Below are positions 59,823-64,000 of a DNA stretch of 64,000 nt, one piece after another. The translations under genes were made by a program, and so were the position numbers. The notes under the pieces are model-generated. The model saw nothing but the letters and a program-made list of their open reading frames with translations. It searched no databases and was not told the DNA's origin. Position 1 is the first letter of the stretch. Every line of letters starts with the position of its first letter. This stretch comes from Octopus vulgaris (lineage: Eukaryota), in assembly GCA_951406725.2 (NCBI GenBank), contig OX597831.1, positions 14,508,001 to 14,572,000 of the forward strand, written 5' to 3'.

Positions 59823-60083
59823 CTGTGTGCATATGTACATGTGACTATGTATGTATATATATGTACGTGTGCATACATAAACACTTCATACGTATACATA
59901 ATTATACTTCATACACATACGCAATCTTAGCGCAGAATCTTAAAATGTATATATACAGAAGTTTAAAAAATGTATAAACCCTTTGGACAGCAATTAATCG
60001 ATGTCGGATTCATAATTAGAATGTATACATATATACACACATGCACACTAGCACGTTATATCAGTGAATGTGCGTTTGAGCGC

Positions 60084-60117
<34 letters not shown>

Positions 60118-60622
60118 CCGTGTAAGATTATATGTGGAACAGATGACGAGTGCATTTGTTCAAAAAATGTTGACACAGAGAAAATGCTAATGAACAACCA
60201 TACACACGTATGCACAAATACGTGTATATATGTAGCCATATTCATACACACTTGTTCGTTTCTGTGTCTGCGCATATATATGTATATGTGTGTGTATTTG
60301 TACGCGTGCATGTTTGAATATACGTAAATATATTTCTGTGTGCATTTTTATATTTATTTACGATTGTCTGTGAACGTAGGTATAAGCAAATTCATGCATA
60401 CATACATATTTATGTGTGTGTGTGTGAGTGTATAAACGATGGGCTTATTTCAGTTTCCGTCTACCAAATCCACCCATAAGTCTTAGGTCGGCCCGAGGCT
60501 GTAGTAGAAGACACTTGCCCAAGGTGCCACGCAGTGGGACTGAACCAGGAGCCATATGGTTTGGAAGCAAGCTTCTTACCACACAGCCACTCCTGCGATA
60601 TATGTACTTACACATATATATG

Positions 60623-60654
<32 letters not shown>

Positions 60655-62034
60655 AGTGTGTGTGTTTGTGTATACACACGTACACATATATATATATACA
60701 TACACACACATTTAAATTAACTTATTAATTACGCTTGTCTTAGAGCAGTGAATCGGGCAAAATATATTGTAGCCTTTTTTTCTGGCTTTTTGCATTCTGA
60801 GTTCGTATCCAGTGGCCGTCATCTATACCGATTGCTAACTTTCCCATGACCGCACGTAGGATAACAACCTTACAGTAATCATAACGAATACGTCCTCCTT
60901 CAAGGCAAAATTATGGAAGAAAGATATGAAATAAGATCAGAAATCCATCATAGAGAATAGCTGAATACGTGCATCATTGCTGAATGCTATTATAGTAAAT
61001 CAGAAACGATACAATAGACATCATGTCTCGGTGACACACGTCAAATGGTTTAGCGGCCATTTTGAATCCTTCAGTTATAATATGAAATATTTTGCTATTG
61101 TTTTAAGACTATCTCAGCTTGAAGTAGTTATTACGTATCAAAAATAAGGAGAGAAATAAAGGGGGAGATATATAGACAGGGAGACAGAGAAATTAGAGAG
61201 AGTGTGTGTAAAAAGTGAGAACGAAATAGAGACAAATTCTTTTACTTATCCTATCCTTTTATATTCCGTTCTACTCATCTAAATTATCTCCCCCTCCTTC
61301 TCTCTCTCCCCCTCCTCTCTCTCTGTCTTTCTTATACATATTCCCCGAAGCAATAAATATAACAAGTTGAAGCGAGTTTATGAGAAAGCTAATATGTGGA
61401 TGTTTCTTTGCTAGAAATAGTACCGTATTCTTCACGAAATCGTACCCAAGCGTCTTTAAAAAGAAATGCAACACATTTGACAAAGTAGTTGTAGATATAT
61501 AAAATGAAGGGAACGAGATGGCCACGGCTAGAAGGGTTTGATTATAAATTTGTTCACTCAGATTTAGTCCGGAGATAAGCAAATGCCACTACAAAATACT
61601 CCACAAAAAAGCTAAAAGTTCCAAAATGGATATCAGGCACGTTTTTATCTTTCTTCTTTTCAATCAGGTGACAAATAAGTGTAAAAAACTCGGAGTAGCA
61701 TGGAGTAAAGAATCATTAGGGTGAAACGAATAAACGATTTTATTATATGGATTGATATATATTGTAAAACACACAAGCACACACACACACACACACAGAG
61801 TCAATTCGAAGATGTCAGGTCCTCGTTAAAGATTAAATAATCCAAAAGTTTCACTGGTTAATTTCTATCATATAAGGAGATAGTCTCGACGATGTGTTTG
61901 GGATTATTATAGTAATACATATTATCAATAATGATGAAAGGAAGAAAATGGACAATTATGGATGTTTAAATAATTATATATATATATATATATATGCAGA
62001 TGTGTGTGTGCGTGTGTTTTATCTTTTATTTATT

Positions 62035-62240
62035 TCAATCGTTGACCGATTCACGCCTTACGTTAAGGGATCAAGGGCCGCAGGCTTTGTACAGTCGAAA
62101 GAACTAATATCCCTTTCTGCATCAACCTCCTAAACTCGAGATCGGAGATTTTCACGAAATCCAGGCATCTCGACAAGTGTCTGCTGCTGAAGATCACCAA
62201 ATTCTACAGGTTCGACACACAGTCTTCCAAACTCTAATAT
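62035..62240 (+). pseudogene. PLE endonuclease C-terminal fragment
   Basis: PYVKGSR then, after a frameshift, RLCTVERTNI..LLNSRSEIFTKSRHLDKCLL, resembling the recalled PLE tail C.LC..EK..I..LLNKRSE...KCRH.NKFLL. Confidence 0.6.
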
Positions 62241-63106
62241 TGAACCCCACCAACCATTGTTTATTCCCATTATAACGCACTGAAATGACACACCTCTTAT
62301 CTCCTGCTTTTCTTCAAAGATTATTTTTCCCTGTTTCTTTCTTTTTTTTCTGCAATTTCCTTTCTCCTCATTCTCTCTCTTTCATTCTTGTTTTATCTCA
62401 GTGAATAGGCCATGTTCATTTTGAGTCAGAATGATTACAGGTTAATACGCAGCACACAGTATGTGCTTATCTGATTACTGTCCTATCAGAGCATGAAACT
62501 TATGGTAGCGCAAAATATATGTATGTATATATATGTGTGTGTTTGTGTGCATGCATCTGTGTGTGCGTATGTATTTATTCATACATTTGTGTCTATATAC
62601 ATGTATACATACCTGCACACATGTATACACACACACTTGTATATATACATACATTCATATATATATATATACGTACACATATATAAGTATATACGCAAAC
62701 ATATATATATATAAATATCCATATATATATACGTACATAACATATGTATATATGTGTGTATGTATGTGTATATAAATGCGTGTACGTGTGCGTTTGTGTG
62801 TGTGAAGAGAGAGAGAGATAGACAAAAACATTGAATGGGAGAAAGTGAGAAAGAGGGGGAAAATGTAAGAAAGGTAGAGACAAAGAAAACAATGAAAGGG
62901 AAAAAACAGATTTTGTTCCGGTATTTTTCGTGTTTTGTTGACTCGAATGTTCCAGAATTAACCTCATCGTCCTTCAATTCTGTGTCATTAGTGTCTTAGC
63001 TTGAACAATGCACGCCGACTGAGGGACCGCTTGTGATGCTAGTGTGCTTGCGTGCATGTCTGTGTACGTATGTATATTGCGTATTTCTATCTGGCAAGCC
63101 AGATAA

Positions 63107-63153
<47 letters not shown>

Positions 63154-63226
63154 TGCGTGTGTGTATGTGTGTGTGCGTGTGTGCGTGTGTGTGTGCGTAT
63201 GTATATATGCATATATATATATATGT

Positions 63227-63257
<31 letters not shown>

Positions 63258-63330
63258 GTATATGTATATATGCATATATATGTATATGTACGTATACATA
63301 TTTACATACATACATATACACAGATCAGTA

Positions 63331-63365
<35 letters not shown>

Positions 63366-63394
63366 GTATGTATGTATGTATGTATGTATGTATG

Positions 63395-63425
<31 letters not shown>

Positions 63426-64000
63426 TTATGTAGGCATATACACAGTGGTTCTGTAATGATTGTTTTCCATGTGTGAAACAGTCATGTGACATTCGTATCA
63501 GAAGACATAACGCAACTCACTAAGGAAAAATCAAAAACATACGAATAAAATAATGAAATAATGAAATCTAATGCTTTGGGCTACTTCTACCATTTCTATA
63601 AGCATCGTCACGAAAATACTTAATTTAAGCAGGCCTACGTGATATTTCAAGACCTTACGCATCCGTCACCTCTTGCTGTCTTCATTTCGTAATGTATCTC
63701 ATTACTATTTACGAAATATCGCTTGTGACAAGGAATGCTGGGTAATTTAGTGGTTCTTCATGTTCTTTCTTTTGTCGTTTTTAAATATCCGCCATTGTTT
63801 AAGAAATTCTAAATAAGGAACGCTGTATTATTTCCTTTTCTTTTTGTTCTGGTCAACGCTGATTCAAGATGTCTATTATCGGAGACTTATAGACACGGCC
63901 ATTCCGCTTTTTTCATTCATTGTATTATTTTCAAATAATATACCCAGAACTGCGTCTTATTTTATGCTTGTTACTGCTGTGGTTGCTGCTGCTGTTGTTG

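Noticed and set aside
61271-61582. 103-aa hydrophobic ORF as a membrane-protein exon
   Set aside because: In-frame stop just upstream, TTG start, runs into a GA-rich tract, and no recognisable family.

Overview
This is eukaryotic, AT-rich DNA, dense in microsatellites and short interspersed repeats. The tRNA-derived SINE families and simple-repeat load resemble an octopus or other cephalopod genome (inference). I recognise no host protein-coding gene, and nearly all ORF-track entries are microsatellite translations. The supported features are a 5'-truncated Penelope-like element (PLE) with RT YLDD, thumb and GIY-YIG domains at 15845-17912; two more PLE fragments; a Tc1/mariner deletion derivative; a non-autonomous Helitron-like element; and many SINEs. 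The main finding is a non-coding array of apparently identical 360-bp units at 22213-25321: about 7.4 direct copies plus 1.2 inverted copies, inserted in (TA)n. Each unit carries a type I hammerhead ribozyme (HHR) motif at the tip of a long rod-like stem, with a second hammerhead-like core on the opposite strand. This fits a recently inserted retrozyme or viroid-like circular RNA element, probably copied by PLE reverse transcriptase. About a dozen other HHR motifs, with several core variants, are scattered through the window. All structures were paired by eye; no folding or database search was run.
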